From a virus (taxonomy: Duplodnaviria > Caudoviricetes): DNA of 63,103 nucleotides. A program made the translations under genes and the position numbers. Below are positions 44,001 to 53,544 of the stretch, piece by piece. Within the stretch, counting starts at the first letter, position 1. Each line of letters begins with the position of its first letter. The notes below the pieces were generated by a model. The model had not been told where the DNA came from. It searched no databases and saw only the letters and a list, made by a program, of their open reading frames with translations. The stretch lies in IMG/VR virus record IMGVR_UViG_3300048833_000065, positions 1 through 63,103 of that record. One strand, 5' to 3'.

Positions 44001-44363
44001 GGTGACAATCGTGCTGTTCAGCCGAATGCCGACAGTGACGTTGCCCTCCATCGGCACGCTGTTGATGGTTTTGCCAGCGACCACGCGCACGTCGCCGCGC
44101 GCATAGATGGTTCCCGGCGCGAGGATCACGGTCCCGGTCAGGGGATCGACAAGAATGTCCGCGCCGCTGATCCGGTCGCCATCCTTCGCCACAAGATCGG
44201 AGTTCCGCTTGCCGCGTGCTTCGATGATCGACTGCGCCTCATTGAGTTCCGCGCCCTGTGCGAGCTTGTCCTCGCGAAAGATGACGCGCGCCCAATCGGG
44301 ATTATCGGGCGACCGATCATAGGCGGCAGCAACACCAGACGGATGATTGAAGGGAGCGGGCAT
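41076..44363 (-). CDS. Large baseplate/tail protein (DUF4815-like)
   Basis: QGAELNEAQ, KKGVFVDP, DPVAQSF, WTAHQKEDLTF. Confidence 0.75.
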   Translation of the reverse strand: MPAPFNHPSGVAAAYDRSPDNPDWARVIFREDKLAQGAELNEAQSIIEARGKRNSDLVAKDGDRISGADILVDPLTGTVILAPGTIYARGDVRVVAGKTINSVPMEGNVTVGIRLNSTIVTEIEDPTLVGLHPGTEAEGEPGAARESEAIEWGWDGDEEDGDLIAVYLLKDGVVVDQTPPPQLTGVNAALATYDRDAHGSYIVEGCRVTAMGKVGTDQVFSIEAGVANIYGFKRSRDAAIIHREEEDWDIEVIAAEAHTFENGGSGNAVISVRHPPIATLNVAIVTKEVTQTITKGTTNSADALPNSSVTSIIEVVQGGTTYTPGDDYTLVNDTVNWSPGGIEPSSGSSYDVTYRYLDAVTPVSQTATTVTLSGGVTGTTVLLGYDWKMPRVDILCLNELGLPAYVKGTSMRVAPQPPIAPVTLLPLAVIENNWMGKPTVKNIGVRSYHFTKIDRMYRRMIDMLDLLGLERLRNDIDNREPVAKKGVFVDPLIHDYYRDAGETQNAAVFQGSMQLPIDPTFFYPTLAAPALLDFTEEVVVSQPLITGQIKINPYNSYELLPASLKIEPPVDFWVDQPETSIAESFVTQQVTQTVNRQVTGSNPGTTTTTSVREQVSVEEDFVGESVQLSPLMRQIEILFTIEGFAVGEELKTLDFGGIDVKPPGTQTANGSGQIAGSFTVPANMPTGRVMVYAEGMGGSWAQALFVSQGYYDLENIMRTTTLTRIITRTTTVTAAPRPSGGGSGLPNIIVNNPRGVPVKDPVAQSFTLPEDRFLAGINLKFAAFGDKSKGILVELVKTEHGFPTGESIAQDFTDITTAVVGEWVEVRFTSPVYVKSGIEYAFIVRTDDDDHALATAEIGGFDPVAQEYVGAQPYLVGMLLSSSTATAWTAHQKEDLTFQLVACKFSPTTKTISFGTFNLNTASDLLVRAATLLPSEDTTLLFEIERADTSKKLLHPNQNWEMDEFVTETVTLRAKFTGTEKLSPVLYPGLIFVAGEIATSATYVSRAFKMGTAIRLSAFLKLWLPSGSTVAVAFDKADDDWTSADLEASEVLDFGWIEREYRVDPLTAVQGRMKITLTGSPAARPSIQDLRAVSI

Positions 44364-44373
44364 TCAAAACCTC

Positions 44374-45489
44374 CTAAGCGATACGGAGCAGCGCGCGGCA
44401 ACGCTCGCGCACAGTCCGTCCAAATTCGATAGCGTCAGTCTTCTCGACGGCAACGGTGCCGCCCGTGAGTTCATCCGGCTCGGCCCACAAGAGGCCGGGG
44501 CGCGTGGTGTCGACCAGCGTTGCGCCCAATCTGATCTGCCACTTTGCGGCGGTCGATCCGAAGCCATCGCCAAAGTCCGTCATCGCCTCAAAGTAAAGGC
44601 CCGTTGCATCGGCGGTCGCTGGCTCGCGCATCGCGCTTCCGACGCGATAAGGTGCGCCCTGACCGGACGGCTTGACAGGTCGCCAGACGCGGGCGCGCCG
44701 ATGGCCTATCACGTTGTCGTCGGCATCAAGGAAAGTCGCCCACGCCGACATTGCAGCAAGGTCATCGATGATAAGAACGCGGCGTTCCTGTTCGCCAAGC
44801 TCGCGCCATGTGACGTGAGGCCAAACGACATTCTCCCATGTGTAAGGCCGCTCGTTCGTCACTTCACCGATCCAAACGCCGAGAGCAGTCAGTTCTGCCT
44901 CGGTCATCGTGTGGTCGAGTTCATAGATGCGACCGAAGGACCACTTCGCACCACCCGCGCGGATGCGAGCGCCGGAGTAGGACGACCAGAGCGAACCGCT
45001 CCACTTCTTCCATCCATACTCGGTCGCTCGCACGTCATAGGTCCGATATCCACGCCAGAAGTGCGAGCGGATCGGGACCGAAAGCTGAGTGATGCCTTCG
45101 ATCTGAAAGAGGTCCGGTTCTTCGTCGTCGCGGACACGGTCAAGCTCAAGCTGGAACAGGTGCCAGCGGGTGCGGCGGATCGGTGCTTCCTCTATCGTTC
45201 CGGCGTAGCCGACCCAATCAAGGCCGCGCGCAATCGCATCTGGTGTGCCGCGCACACGCTGCCAATCGATGCCCTCATCGATCAACTCATAAAGGTTCGG
45301 AACGTAGGGGGTGAGTTCGCCCAGGCCATACTCATAGACGAGAAACGGAAGCCACGGCGGCGGTGTGCCGATGAGCTTGATGCCTCTTATCTGCGTGACC
45401 GGAACATCAAGCCTGACGGCTGGATTGGACGCGAGAGAGAATGCCTTCTCAAGCTCCGTCGCGTTCTGCGGAAGCAGATGCTCAGTCAT
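44374..45489 (-). CDS. Tail protein I (P2 gpI-like)
   Basis: LLPQNATELE, LPFLVYEYGL, RVRGTP. Confidence 0.82.
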   Translation of the reverse strand: MTEHLLPQNATELEKAFSLASNPAVRLDVPVTQIRGIKLIGTPPPWLPFLVYEYGLGELTPYVPNLYELIDEGIDWQRVRGTPDAIARGLDWVGYAGTIEEAPIRRTRWHLFQLELDRVRDDEEPDLFQIEGITQLSVPIRSHFWRGYRTYDVRATEYGWKKWSGSLWSSYSGARIRAGGAKWSFGRIYELDHTMTEAELTALGVWIGEVTNERPYTWENVVWPHVTWRELGEQERRVLIIDDLAAMSAWATFLDADDNVIGHRRARVWRPVKPSGQGAPYRVGSAMREPATADATGLYFEAMTDFGDGFGSTAAKWQIRLGATLVDTTRPGLLWAEPDELTGGTVAVEKTDAIEFGRTVRERCRALLRIA

Positions 45490-46346
45490 CAGTAGTTCCG
45501 CCCCGCGACCGTGAGCGTGACCGTGCCGATGGCGATGGCCTCACTCGGCGCGGCGATGACGTCGGCGCTCGGCGTCGAGATGGCGACCTTATAGACGCCA
45601 GCGCGCATGAGCCTTGCGGTAAGCCACGAAAGCGTCATGTCGAAACCAAGGCCGCGCTCCGCAAGCCATTCGGCGCGGAGAGCCGCCTCGATATCCGAAA
45701 GGATGCTCGCGGACGCATTCGGCAAGAGCGTGAGTGTCGCCGTGATGTTCTGGACCTTCTGCACCGCAGCCGTGACGAGGATCGTATCGTTGACCATGCG
45801 GACGTCGGCGGCGGTCAGGTGTTCCTCGACTTCCTGCAACATGGCTGGATCAGGCACGCCGTTATTGTCGGTCGCGAAGATGGCGCAACGAACGAGCGGC
45901 GAGGTTCCCTCGCGCCAGACCACGGCGTCGGCCACGCGCACGTTCGCTGACATGGCAACGAAGCGATAGCGAGGCTCCGTGCCGCCTGTTGAGCGCCCAC
46001 GGATGGCGAGGATCGTGCGCGCGCGAAGCCTTGCGTCGTCTTCGCCGGGAAGGCGCGTGACGTCGTAGAACGCCGCAAGGTGGTCGAGATCGGCGTTGAT
46101 GGCAAAGGCGAGAAGGTTCGCGCGGGCTGCATCATTGACGCGGGCGCGGAGCATCATCTCGCGATAGGCGAAGACCTCGATCAGCTTGCGCGCTGGCTCG
46201 CTCTCAAGATCAACCACGCCGACGATGGCCGGGAAGCGCGCGACAAGATCGTCGCGCATGAGCGTGACAAGCGCCTCGTAATCGACCGTTTCGATCACGT
46301 CGGGCTTTGCGAGGACCGAAAGGTCAATGGCGGTGTCGTGGCTCAT
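45489..46346 (-). CDS. Baseplate J protein
   Basis: IDLS.L..P.VIE, LESEP, RVNDAARA, LDHLAA. Confidence 0.9.
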   Translation of the reverse strand: MSHDTAIDLSVLAKPDVIETVDYEALVTLMRDDLVARFPAIVGVVDLESEPARKLIEVFAYREMMLRARVNDAARANLLAFAINADLDHLAAFYDVTRLPGEDDARLRARTILAIRGRSTGGTEPRYRFVAMSANVRVADAVVWREGTSPLVRCAIFATDNNGVPDPAMLQEVEEHLTAADVRMVNDTILVTAAVQKVQNITATLTLLPNASASILSDIEAALRAEWLAERGLGFDMTLSWLTARLMRAGVYKVAISTPSADVIAAPSEAIAIGTVTLTVAGRNY

Positions 46347-46759
46347 TCACTCCGCTCCAATTGCGTCATGCCGTTGCGGCCCGATGTTCCGAAGACGCGC
46401 CGCGCGCCTTCGACGGTGAAGTCTCCGAAGGCCGCGCGCGGGCGATACTCGCCGTCCATGTAGAAATGAAACTGACCGTCGCGCGTCACTTTGAGCGCGA
46501 TGATCTGTGTGACACGGAAGCGCGGCTCCCATTGCTCTATCGGCGCGAGAAGCTCTTGGAAGTAGCTTGTCACCTCGCGCGGCGTGATGTTGCGACCGAG
46601 AAGGTTGCTCACGTTGGAGCCGTACCACTCGCGCATGATCCGCTCACCGAAGCGCGTCGTGAAAATGTCCTCCAAGGATTGAAGGACATGCTCCCAATCG
46701 GTGATCGTTCCGCCCGAGTAGCGATCAAGGCCAATGGACGGACTGACAAGCTGCATCAT
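46343..46759 (-). CDS. Baseplate wedge gpW/gp25
   Basis: QSLEDIFTTRFGERIMREWYGS, QWEPRF. Confidence 0.9.
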   Translation of the reverse strand: MMQLVSPSIGLDRYSGGTITDWEHVLQSLEDIFTTRFGERIMREWYGSNVSNLLGRNITPREVTSYFQELLAPIEQWEPRFRVTQIIALKVTRDGQFHFYMDGEYRPRAAFGDFTVEGARRVFGTSGRNGMTQLERSE

Positions 46760-46762
46760 GAA

Positions 46763-46933
46763 TTACTGCGCCAGGCTCTTGAGCCAGTCCGCCGCCATAA
46801 CGAGAAGGCCAGCGAGCAGCGCGGCGAGCGCGCCGATGCCCTTCCACCAATCCATGCCGTTCTGCGTCCACGACTTCCAGACGATGTAGATCACGCCGAC
46901 GATGATCAGCAGTCCCGCAAGATAGGAAAGCAT
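46763..46933 (-). CDS. Small two-TM membrane protein
   Basis: GGAGG RBS; MLSYLAGLLIIVGVIYIVW...ALAALLAGLLVM. Confidence 0.65.
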   Translation of the reverse strand: MLSYLAGLLIIVGVIYIVWKSWTQNGMDWWKGIGALAALLAGLLVMAADWLKSLAQ

Positions 46934-46947
46934 TTCTTCCTCCATTT

Positions 46948-47523
46948 CTATTCGACCGGGACGCCTGTCTGCCCGTTGCCGGGTTCGACGTCCTTGTGCT
47001 TGTGATCCTTGCCGATGTTCTTGTCCTCGTGTTCGATCCGACCGCCTTCGGTCTTGATCCCGCTGCCGCTGATCGTATGCGTGACGCCACCGATGGTGAT
47101 CTTCACATGAGCGCCTGTGATTTCGAGAGTGCAGCCGCCGACAACAACCCGGCAAAGGTCGTCCTTGATGGTGGCGCGGACATTGCCATAGGTCAGCACA
47201 TTCTCGTCGCCGTTGCTGCTCGGGCTTGGGTTCTGGTTCGACCAGTGCATCGGCAAGGCGACGGCTTGCGCCCAATCACCAGTGGGCGCGATGGTTGACA
47301 TTTGCTGGCCCTTGGTCGGCGGTGTGTGGACCTTCAACGCTCCCGCGATCTGCGCGTAGGGAACCCAAGGCGAAAGGAAAGGACCGTCCTCGCCCTCCCC
47401 GAACTTGAGGCGAACGATCTGCTTTGCCGGATCGACTTCCTCGACCGTGCCGTGGCGCATGACGCCAGAGAAGCGGCGCTCAAGATCAGCGACGCGGGAC
47501 GCGAGTTCGACCAGTTCCCGCAT
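46948..47523 (-). CDS. Baseplate spike gpV
   Basis: GTVEEVD, SPWVPY, PPTKGQQ, C-terminal HKH metal-binding tip. Confidence 0.88.
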   Translation of the reverse strand: MRELVELASRVADLERRFSGVMRHGTVEEVDPAKQIVRLKFGEGEDGPFLSPWVPYAQIAGALKVHTPPTKGQQMSTIAPTGDWAQAVALPMHWSNQNPSPSSNGDENVLTYGNVRATIKDDLCRVVVGGCTLEITGAHVKITIGGVTHTISGSGIKTEGGRIEHEDKNIGKDHKHKDVEPGNGQTGVPVE

Positions 47524-47526
47524 CGC

Positions 47527-48345
47527 CTATTCCTTTACTGCGTCGGCGTCGAGGTCGGAGCTTCCGGTCAGGCTTGCGCCGCGACCGCGCACCGTCTCGG
47601 TGAACGAAAGCGTGCCGTCGATCTCGGCGCGCTCCATGAGCGGTGCCTCACCCTGCTCTGTTGGGTCAACCGGAGCGATGCCGATGGCGTCGGCTTCGTC
47701 GCGCGTGATGCCGATGGCCTCCGCTTGCCGCTTCCACTCAGGCTTCGCCGGGTTCTCGATCACGGCGCGGAGAAAGGCCGCGTATTCTGCGAGGTCCGGA
47801 TCGCTCGCCATCGCCGCCAGGAGCCGCCCATAAGGGAGCGTCGCGTCGATGGCTTCTCCCGGCATCGGAGCCGCGATGGGATCGATCTTGTATGTGATCT
47901 GCCGCGCAGCAAAGCGGACGCCGCGCTCCGCGCTCGCGCCGCGCCGGGACGCCTTGCTGTGAATGCGAGGCACCAGCGCCATGAAGACTTTCGACCACTC
48001 GCTTCCCTCGTCAAGGAGAGCGCGTTCAATCTGGTGTTCGATTATGTCAAGCGTCCACTCTAGGCCGAAGTCCGTCTCCGGGATCGTGAACGATCCATCC
48101 TTCACTTCCGTCGCCACCGCGATCTCAAATACAAGATCAAGCTGGCGGCTTCCTTGCCAGATTTCGCGACCGATCCCGTCAATCTGGTCGTCGTCGGTCA
48201 GGACCGTGATCAGCGGAAGCCTCACATCGGAAATAGCGACGTCAATCGGTTCGATGGCACTGTCGCTCACGCGGGCGGCTGCGAGCGTCCTGTTGAGGAT
48301 GGCGCGGGCGGCGGCGACGCGGACAGCGGTCCTTGCAATACTCAT
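47527..48345 (-). CDS. Putative tail completion/terminator protein
   Basis: Position between the head connector and baseplate genes. Confidence 0.55.
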   Translation of the reverse strand: MSIARTAVRVAAARAILNRTLAAARVSDSAIEPIDVAISDVRLPLITVLTDDDQIDGIGREIWQGSRQLDLVFEIAVATEVKDGSFTIPETDFGLEWTLDIIEHQIERALLDEGSEWSKVFMALVPRIHSKASRRGASAERGVRFAARQITYKIDPIAAPMPGEAIDATLPYGRLLAAMASDPDLAEYAAFLRAVIENPAKPEWKRQAEAIGITRDEADAIGIAPVDPTEQGEAPLMERAEIDGTLSFTETVRGRGASLTGSSDLDADAVKE

Positions 48346-48749
48346 CCTTCGCCCTCGCGAACGAGAAGCGCGCGCACGTCGCCCATGTCGGTCGTCATGA
48401 CGGAGACAACACTGTAGGCGGTTCCGCGCGCAGGGAATTCGATCCTGTCGCCCTTGGAGAGCTTGAAGCCAAGCTCATCGGCTTGAAGCTTGCTCATCCA
48501 CATTTCGGCCTCGCTCAAGTTGAGCCGCGTGCCGCCGACAAGCTCGGAGCCGCGACGCGCACCGGAGAGCCATTCGAGGCCGGGGCTGTCGGAAAGGACG
48601 ACCAGCGCCTTGACGGGCTGGCGGTTTTCGTCGGTCCCCGGCGCGGCGTATGTGCCACCACGCCGGGGAAAGATGCTCGCGGCTTCGCCATAGGCGGTAA
48701 GGACCATCGCGGAAAGCTCTGCGTCCAGATCGTCAAATGGCGAAGCCAT
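48342..48749 (-). CDS. Head-tail joining protein (gpFII-like)
   Basis: Position; KGDRI...Y.V...D..G motif. Confidence 0.6.
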   Translation of the reverse strand: MASPFDDLDAELSAMVLTAYGEAASIFPRRGGTYAAPGTDENRQPVKALVVLSDSPGLEWLSGARRGSELVGGTRLNLSEAEMWMSKLQADELGFKLSKGDRIEFPARGTAYSVVSVMTTDMGDVRALLVREGEG

Positions 48750-48752
48750 GTC

Positions 48753-48935
48753 TTAGCGCCTCATATCTTCCAAGGTTTCGGCAAAGGCGCGCGCATGCAA
48801 TTCCATCTTGCGCGCAATCACCGCTTGAACCTCGTCAGGCGTCATGCCGCGAAAGAGGTCGGCAAGCTGAGAGACCTCATCGACCTTCAACTCGCAGTCC
48901 TTCAACTCTCGCGGCACCGGGAACCTGATCTTCAT
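48753..48935 (-). CDS. Hypothetical protein
   Basis: TGATG-coupled after the capsid gene. Confidence 0.5.
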   Translation of the reverse strand: MKIRFPVPRELKDCELKVDEVSQLADLFRGMTPDEVQAVIARKMELHARAFAETLEDMRR

Positions 48936-49960
48936 CAGGTGCGGCGACCGGGCATCAGCACGCGCGGGCGCGTGCAGTAGTGCAGAGCGTTCATCTGGAA
49001 CTCAAGCTGCACGCCCTTGTCGTTCGGCATCCGCCACTGCTTCGCGTAGAGACGCTGGCCGGGACGGTTGACGGTTTCGATGTAGTCGGCGGGAGCGTAG
49101 AGGGTCCGGAACAGACCCGGCACGCCGACCGGGAAGATATGGCACTTGTCGTCGGCCACTGAAACGGAGCCGCCGCCGCGATATTCTTCCCACACGATGC
49201 CGCCGAACTCGAAGCCGCCATAGGTCTTGCCCGTGGTCGAGATGTATCCGGCGCGGAGTTCAGCCGCCGCCGAGTGGTTCAGATACGTCTCGCGGACTTC
49301 CTTGTGGGCATAGAAATCATCAGCAAAGTTCTTGCCCATGATCGCCATCACACCACGGAACGGAAGCCCGCCCAGGGTGTCGGCCATCGCGCGCATCACG
49401 GTCGCGCACTTCTTGCGAAGCGCGCCAGCGGCGGGCGAGGCGTTGTCGAGGTCGAAGTCGATCTCGGTGGGAAGGCTCTCACCGAACTCGGTCGCGTAGT
49501 TGTAGATCGGCGTCGTGCCGTCGCTGTCGTAGAGGATGCCGCTCTTGATGACGGAGAGGCGATGGAATTCCTCGGTCAGCGCGAAGTCCTGCGAGTGCGT
49601 CGCGGCCTTCATGGCGATCTTGCCCTGCAAGGTTTCCACCGCGTCTTCCGACGCAAAGGCGCGCACTTGCATGACCTCGTCGGCCATCATGGCGTCGTTC
49701 CGCTGGAAGTGCGGGACGGACAGCTTCCGCATCGAACGCTTGCCGAAGTCGCGCGTATCGCCCGGTCCACCGCGAGGCGAAGACGCGATCAGCAGAAGGC
49801 TTTCCGCGCTCTGCTTCTCGATTGCGACATCGAGGGTGTCGATGCTCTCGACCTGAAAAAGGCCGAGTTCTCCGATGCGCCCAGGCACATAGGAGACTTC
49901 CCGCATGGCTTCTGTCATGCGGGTGACGCTAAAGGCGTCCTGATTGAAGATATCAAGCAT
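48935..49960 (-). CDS. Major capsid protein (lambda gpE family)
   Basis: DIFNQDAFS, PGRIGELGLF, YAPADYIETVN, CTRP.VL. Confidence 0.92.
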   Translation of the reverse strand: MLDIFNQDAFSVTRMTEAMREVSYVPGRIGELGLFQVESIDTLDVAIEKQSAESLLLIASSPRGGPGDTRDFGKRSMRKLSVPHFQRNDAMMADEVMQVRAFASEDAVETLQGKIAMKAATHSQDFALTEEFHRLSVIKSGILYDSDGTTPIYNYATEFGESLPTEIDFDLDNASPAAGALRKKCATVMRAMADTLGGLPFRGVMAIMGKNFADDFYAHKEVRETYLNHSAAAELRAGYISTTGKTYGGFEFGGIVWEEYRGGGSVSVADDKCHIFPVGVPGLFRTLYAPADYIETVNRPGQRLYAKQWRMPNDKGVQLEFQMNALHYCTRPRVLMPGRRT

Positions 49961-49985
49961 GGATGCTTACTCCTTTTGCGCCTGA

Positions 49986-50378
49986 TTAGTTGCGGACAAT
50001 GATGCCGACAGCGGCAAGCTGAACGGCCTTCGCCGTCTTCTCGCCAGCCTGATCGACGCTCGCATGATAGGACAGCATATTGCCGTTCCACTGCGCGTCG
50101 CGCGCAATGACGGCAATCTTCTGGTCCGCGCTCGTCGCATCGCAGCCGTAGAGAGCGATGGCGACGGCGGTCTGGTTGCCGACGTCGGGGTCTTCGGCGG
50201 CGGCGGGAGACAGGCAATACTTTCCAGCGTTCGCGCCGCTGGTGTACTTGCCGAGAACGGCACCCGGCGCGATGACGCCAGAGCCAGCGACGATGGTCAC
50301 GGCCTCGCGCGAACGACCGAATTCGGCCTCGGACATAAGTCCTTCGTTCGCGTGACGGCCCTCAGTGAAAACTGTCAT
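49986..50378 (-). CDS. Head decoration protein (gpD-like)
   Basis: MSEA...RSRE, GAVLGK, LAAVGIIVR. Confidence 0.88.
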   Translation of the reverse strand: MTVFTEGRHANEGLMSEAEFGRSREAVTIVAGSGVIAPGAVLGKYTSGANAGKYCLSPAAAEDPDVGNQTAVAIALYGCDATSADQKIAVIARDAQWNGNMLSYHASVDQAGEKTAKAVQLAAVGIIVRN

Positions 50379-50408
50379 CTCGATTTCTCCTTTTGAGATG
50401 AATGGGGT

Positions 50409-51695
50409 TTAGTTCTTCACGCCGATGGCGCGGTTCGCGTTGGCGACCGCCTTCGACCATCCGGCGCGAGCGACGTCGGTGCGATCCACCTTCGGCGCGT
50501 GATCGAAGCCGTTGAATTCGGAGGCGCGCTCCGAGATCGCGGGAGCCGCAGCCTTCGCCGCAACCTCGACCTTGGGCGAGACGGCGAGAACCTTCTTCGC
50601 CTGCTCCGCAGTCAGGTCGGTGTCGAGAGCGATTGCGGTCGCCTGTGCCTCGCGGCCCTGCGCCTCGTCGCAGCGAAGGATCGCCACGATGCGCGTGCGC
50701 TCGGCGGTCGCCCCTTCGGCGCGGAGAGCGTTGCGCTCGGCGTCCGACATTCCCGCTGTTACGGCGGCGGGTGCGCCATTCTCACTATTCATCGTGAGGT
50801 TTCTCCTTGTTGAGTTGCGCCCCGCGCGCGGGGTCGATTGAAGTTCATTCAAAAGATCAGAGAAGGAGGAAAGACGATCCGCCAATCCAAGGTGGATCGC
50901 TTCCTCGCCCATGTAGACGCGCGCCTGAGTGTTGCGCGCGGCATCCTGTGAAAACCGCTCGCCGCGCCCAAGGGCGACGGCCTCGGTGAACTTGTCGTAG
51001 AAGGCAAAGACCTTGCTCTGCAATTCAGCCCGCGCGTTCTCAGTCAGCGGCCCGTAGGGATTGCCGTCTGCCTTGTGAGCGCCCGCGAAGATGAGCGTCG
51101 GCCTGACGCCATCCTTCTCCATCTTCGCGCTCTGGTCCGTGTGGATCATGATGACGCCGATGGAGCCGACCATCGACGTGGGCGAGACGACGATCTCGCT
51201 CGCTGCGCTCGCGATGCCGTAGGCAGCGGAAGCGGCCACGTCATTGACCAGCGCAACGACGTGCTTCGTCTGGCGAACCTCGCGGATCGCAGAGGCGAGG
51301 CTGAACATGCCCGTCGCCTCGCCGCCAGGGCTGTCGATGTCGAGCAGGATCGTGTGAACGTCGCGGGCTTCCGCCATGTCGCGAAGCTGCGCCTCAAGGC
51401 CCTCGTAGGAGGTCATGCCGCTGCGCGCGCCGATCCAAGCGCCGCGATTGACGAGCGAGCCGATGACCGGGATGTGGCCCACGCCGTTCTTGATCTGCGC
51501 CAGCGGCATGCTCTCGGGCCGCGTCATCGTCGCAATCCGGTTCGCGTGCGGCGTGGTCATGTCCACGTCGAGGGCGGCTTCGATGTTGCCGAGACGACCG
51601 CTCAAGACGTCAAGAACGATCTGCGCCTTCTCGGGCGCGAGCATGAGCGGGCGATTGAACAGCCGCTCCGCGACGTGCATCAGGTTATCCATCAC
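50409..51695 (-). CDS. S49 prohead protease with scaffold C-terminus
   Basis: LDIDSPGGE, AASAAY, VGSIGV; internal MNSENG may be a Nu3-like scaffold start. Confidence 0.9.
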   Translation of the reverse strand: MMDNLMHVAERLFNRPLMLAPEKAQIVLDVLSGRLGNIEAALDVDMTTPHANRIATMTRPESMPLAQIKNGVGHIPVIGSLVNRGAWIGARSGMTSYEGLEAQLRDMAEARDVHTILLDIDSPGGEATGMFSLASAIREVRQTKHVVALVNDVAASAAYGIASAASEIVVSPTSMVGSIGVIMIHTDQSAKMEKDGVRPTLIFAGAHKADGNPYGPLTENARAELQSKVFAFYDKFTEAVALGRGERFSQDAARNTQARVYMGEEAIHLGLADRLSSFSDLLNELQSTPRAGRNSTRRNLTMNSENGAPAAVTAGMSDAERNALRAEGATAERTRIVAILRCDEAQGREAQATAIALDTDLTAEQAKKVLAVSPKVEVAAKAAAPAISERASEFNGFDHAPKVDRTDVARAGWSKAVANANRAIGVKN

Positions 51696-51946
51696 ATTCC
51701 TCCTGCGCGGAGGCCATGACGCGATGGCCTCCCGGTGGTGGCGAGCTTGCAGGCGCTGTCGAGCCTTGAGATTTCAGCCTTGAGGGCATCGATGCTGACA
51801 AACTCCTTCCGGACGCGGCGAGCCGAACCGTTGCCTGCCGTGAACTCGATCTCCTGCGCGCGACCATCGAGCATCGCGCGGTGAAGCACGGCCCGAAGCG
51901 CGGTCGCAGCCGCGCACGGATCGTTCTCGTCAATCGTCGTCGTCAT
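51692..51946 (-). CDS. Head-tail adaptor (lambda gpW-like)
   Basis: Short helix-hairpin-helix ORF with IDALKAEISRL. Confidence 0.6.
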   Translation of the reverse strand: MTTTIDENDPCAAATALRAVLHRAMLDGRAQEIEFTAGNGSARRVRKEFVSIDALKAEISRLDSACKLATTGRPSRHGLRAGGM

Positions 51947-53540
51947 TCCTCGGTGCCTCTCTGTCCTCGGCTTGGCGCTGCGCCATATCAAGCTGCGCCT
52001 GCTGCATTTCCTGCTCGCGTTCGATCTCGTCCTTGAGGCCATAGGTCTTCCGCATCTCGGCCTCGCGCGCGCGCTGGACATAGACGTCCTCAATGTCCAC
52101 GCCGAGATCGTTGGCGATCATCTCGTCGGTCATCACGCCCATGTCGCGATAGGTCTTGTGCGCCTGCGCGGCCTTGTTCTCGTCGGCCTGCCCCTTCGGC
52201 GCTCCACGCCAGATGGCGCGGCAAGCGGCGGTGCGGTTCGCATGAAAGCCGTTGATGCCACCCGGAAACTCGATGCGGCCCGTCTCGATCTCTTCCTCAA
52301 GCCACGCCTCATAGGCGGCTTGGCAGAACGGCGCGATGATGAAGGAACGCCGATAGAGCGTGATCGCGAAGATCTCGCCCGTCGCCATGCGGACGGACGA
52401 ATAGGTTGCTCCCTCGTAGTCGCCCGTCGCGCTCTCATAGGTGAGGCCAAGGCAGCGGGAAATCTCGCGGAGAAGGTGGAGCGAGAAGTCCTTGTAGTCG
52501 CTCGACGGATGCTGCGCCGAGTGGAACTCCATCTTCTGGCCGGGGAACAGGTGCGCGATGCGCCCGTTGATGCCGACGTTGATCGTGGCGCTGTCGTACC
52601 ATCCGCTCTGCGCTTCGAACCAGCCGTCCCACGCCGACTGACCGCCCATGTTCAGACGGGCCAGTTCCTGCGGCGTGATGAGGCCCTGCAAGACTTCCTC
52701 GGTCGGCTCGTCCGACGTGATCGTCGCGGCGAAGACCGACTGCACGATGGCGGCGGTGAGCGTCGCATCGGCAAGCTGGTCGAACTGGCGCGCGACGCGG
52801 AGCGCGGGAACGAGCGGCGTGATGCCGCGAACCTGTCCCGGCAGACCGTCGAAGCAATGCACGACGCGCGGACGCCAGAGGCGATCATAGGCCGGGACGT
52901 TCCATTCGACCTCGCCCAGGAGAGCATCCTTCTTGCGAGCGACATAGCCGACCGGGAAGCCGTCGACGTCCATCTTCACGCCCTGCTGAATGCGGGCGGT
53001 GGTGTCGTCCTTCATGGAGACGCGGTGCGATCCGATGAGGCGAACCTTGGTGCCGTATGCCCTCCGCTTCCTCCAAGGAAGCTCCGCGAAGGCTTCGCCC
53101 GTCGCGAAATAGCTCCGGAGGATCGCGGCCTGCATCTGGCCGAAGGTCCGACGCCCTTCGATATCGCACTCGACGCGGTCGTTGGCCCACAGACCGAAGC
53201 GCTGCTCGACGGTGCGCGCCCACTCGCGCGCGACCTCGTCGGTCATGCCGATCTGCTCGCTCTCGGGCGCGGCCTTGAGGCGAAGCCCGGTGCCGACCGT
53301 GTTCGCAACCGCCTGATCGATTGCGCCTGCCACCCATCCGGAGTTCTGGATCGTGTCGATTGCGCGCGCGGCAGCATCCGTCCAGGCGTTGCCGACGTCG
53401 TCCTTCACGTCGCAAAGCGCGGGCCTCCATCCGGCCATGACCACGCCGCGACCACCGCGCATGAACTCGGCGCTTGGCTTCGGCATCATCGGTGCGGTCG
53501 AAGGCGCGAGGAAGTCGCGCAGTCGTTCCATCAAGGTCAT
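51930..53540 (-). CDS. Portal protein (lambda family)
   Basis: NTVGTGLRL, PGQVRGI, YE..TGDY...YSS.R. Confidence 0.92.
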   Translation of the reverse strand: MTLMERLRDFLAPSTAPMMPKPSAEFMRGGRGVVMAGWRPALCDVKDDVGNAWTDAAARAIDTIQNSGWVAGAIDQAVANTVGTGLRLKAAPESEQIGMTDEVAREWARTVEQRFGLWANDRVECDIEGRRTFGQMQAAILRSYFATGEAFAELPWRKRRAYGTKVRLIGSHRVSMKDDTTARIQQGVKMDVDGFPVGYVARKKDALLGEVEWNVPAYDRLWRPRVVHCFDGLPGQVRGITPLVPALRVARQFDQLADATLTAAIVQSVFAATITSDEPTEEVLQGLITPQELARLNMGGQSAWDGWFEAQSGWYDSATINVGINGRIAHLFPGQKMEFHSAQHPSSDYKDFSLHLLREISRCLGLTYESATGDYEGATYSSVRMATGEIFAITLYRRSFIIAPFCQAAYEAWLEEEIETGRIEFPGGINGFHANRTAACRAIWRGAPKGQADENKAAQAHKTYRDMGVMTDEMIANDLGVDIEDVYVQRAREAEMRKTYGLKDEIEREQEMQQAQLDMAQRQAEDREAPRNDDDD

Positions 53541-53544
53541 GTCG

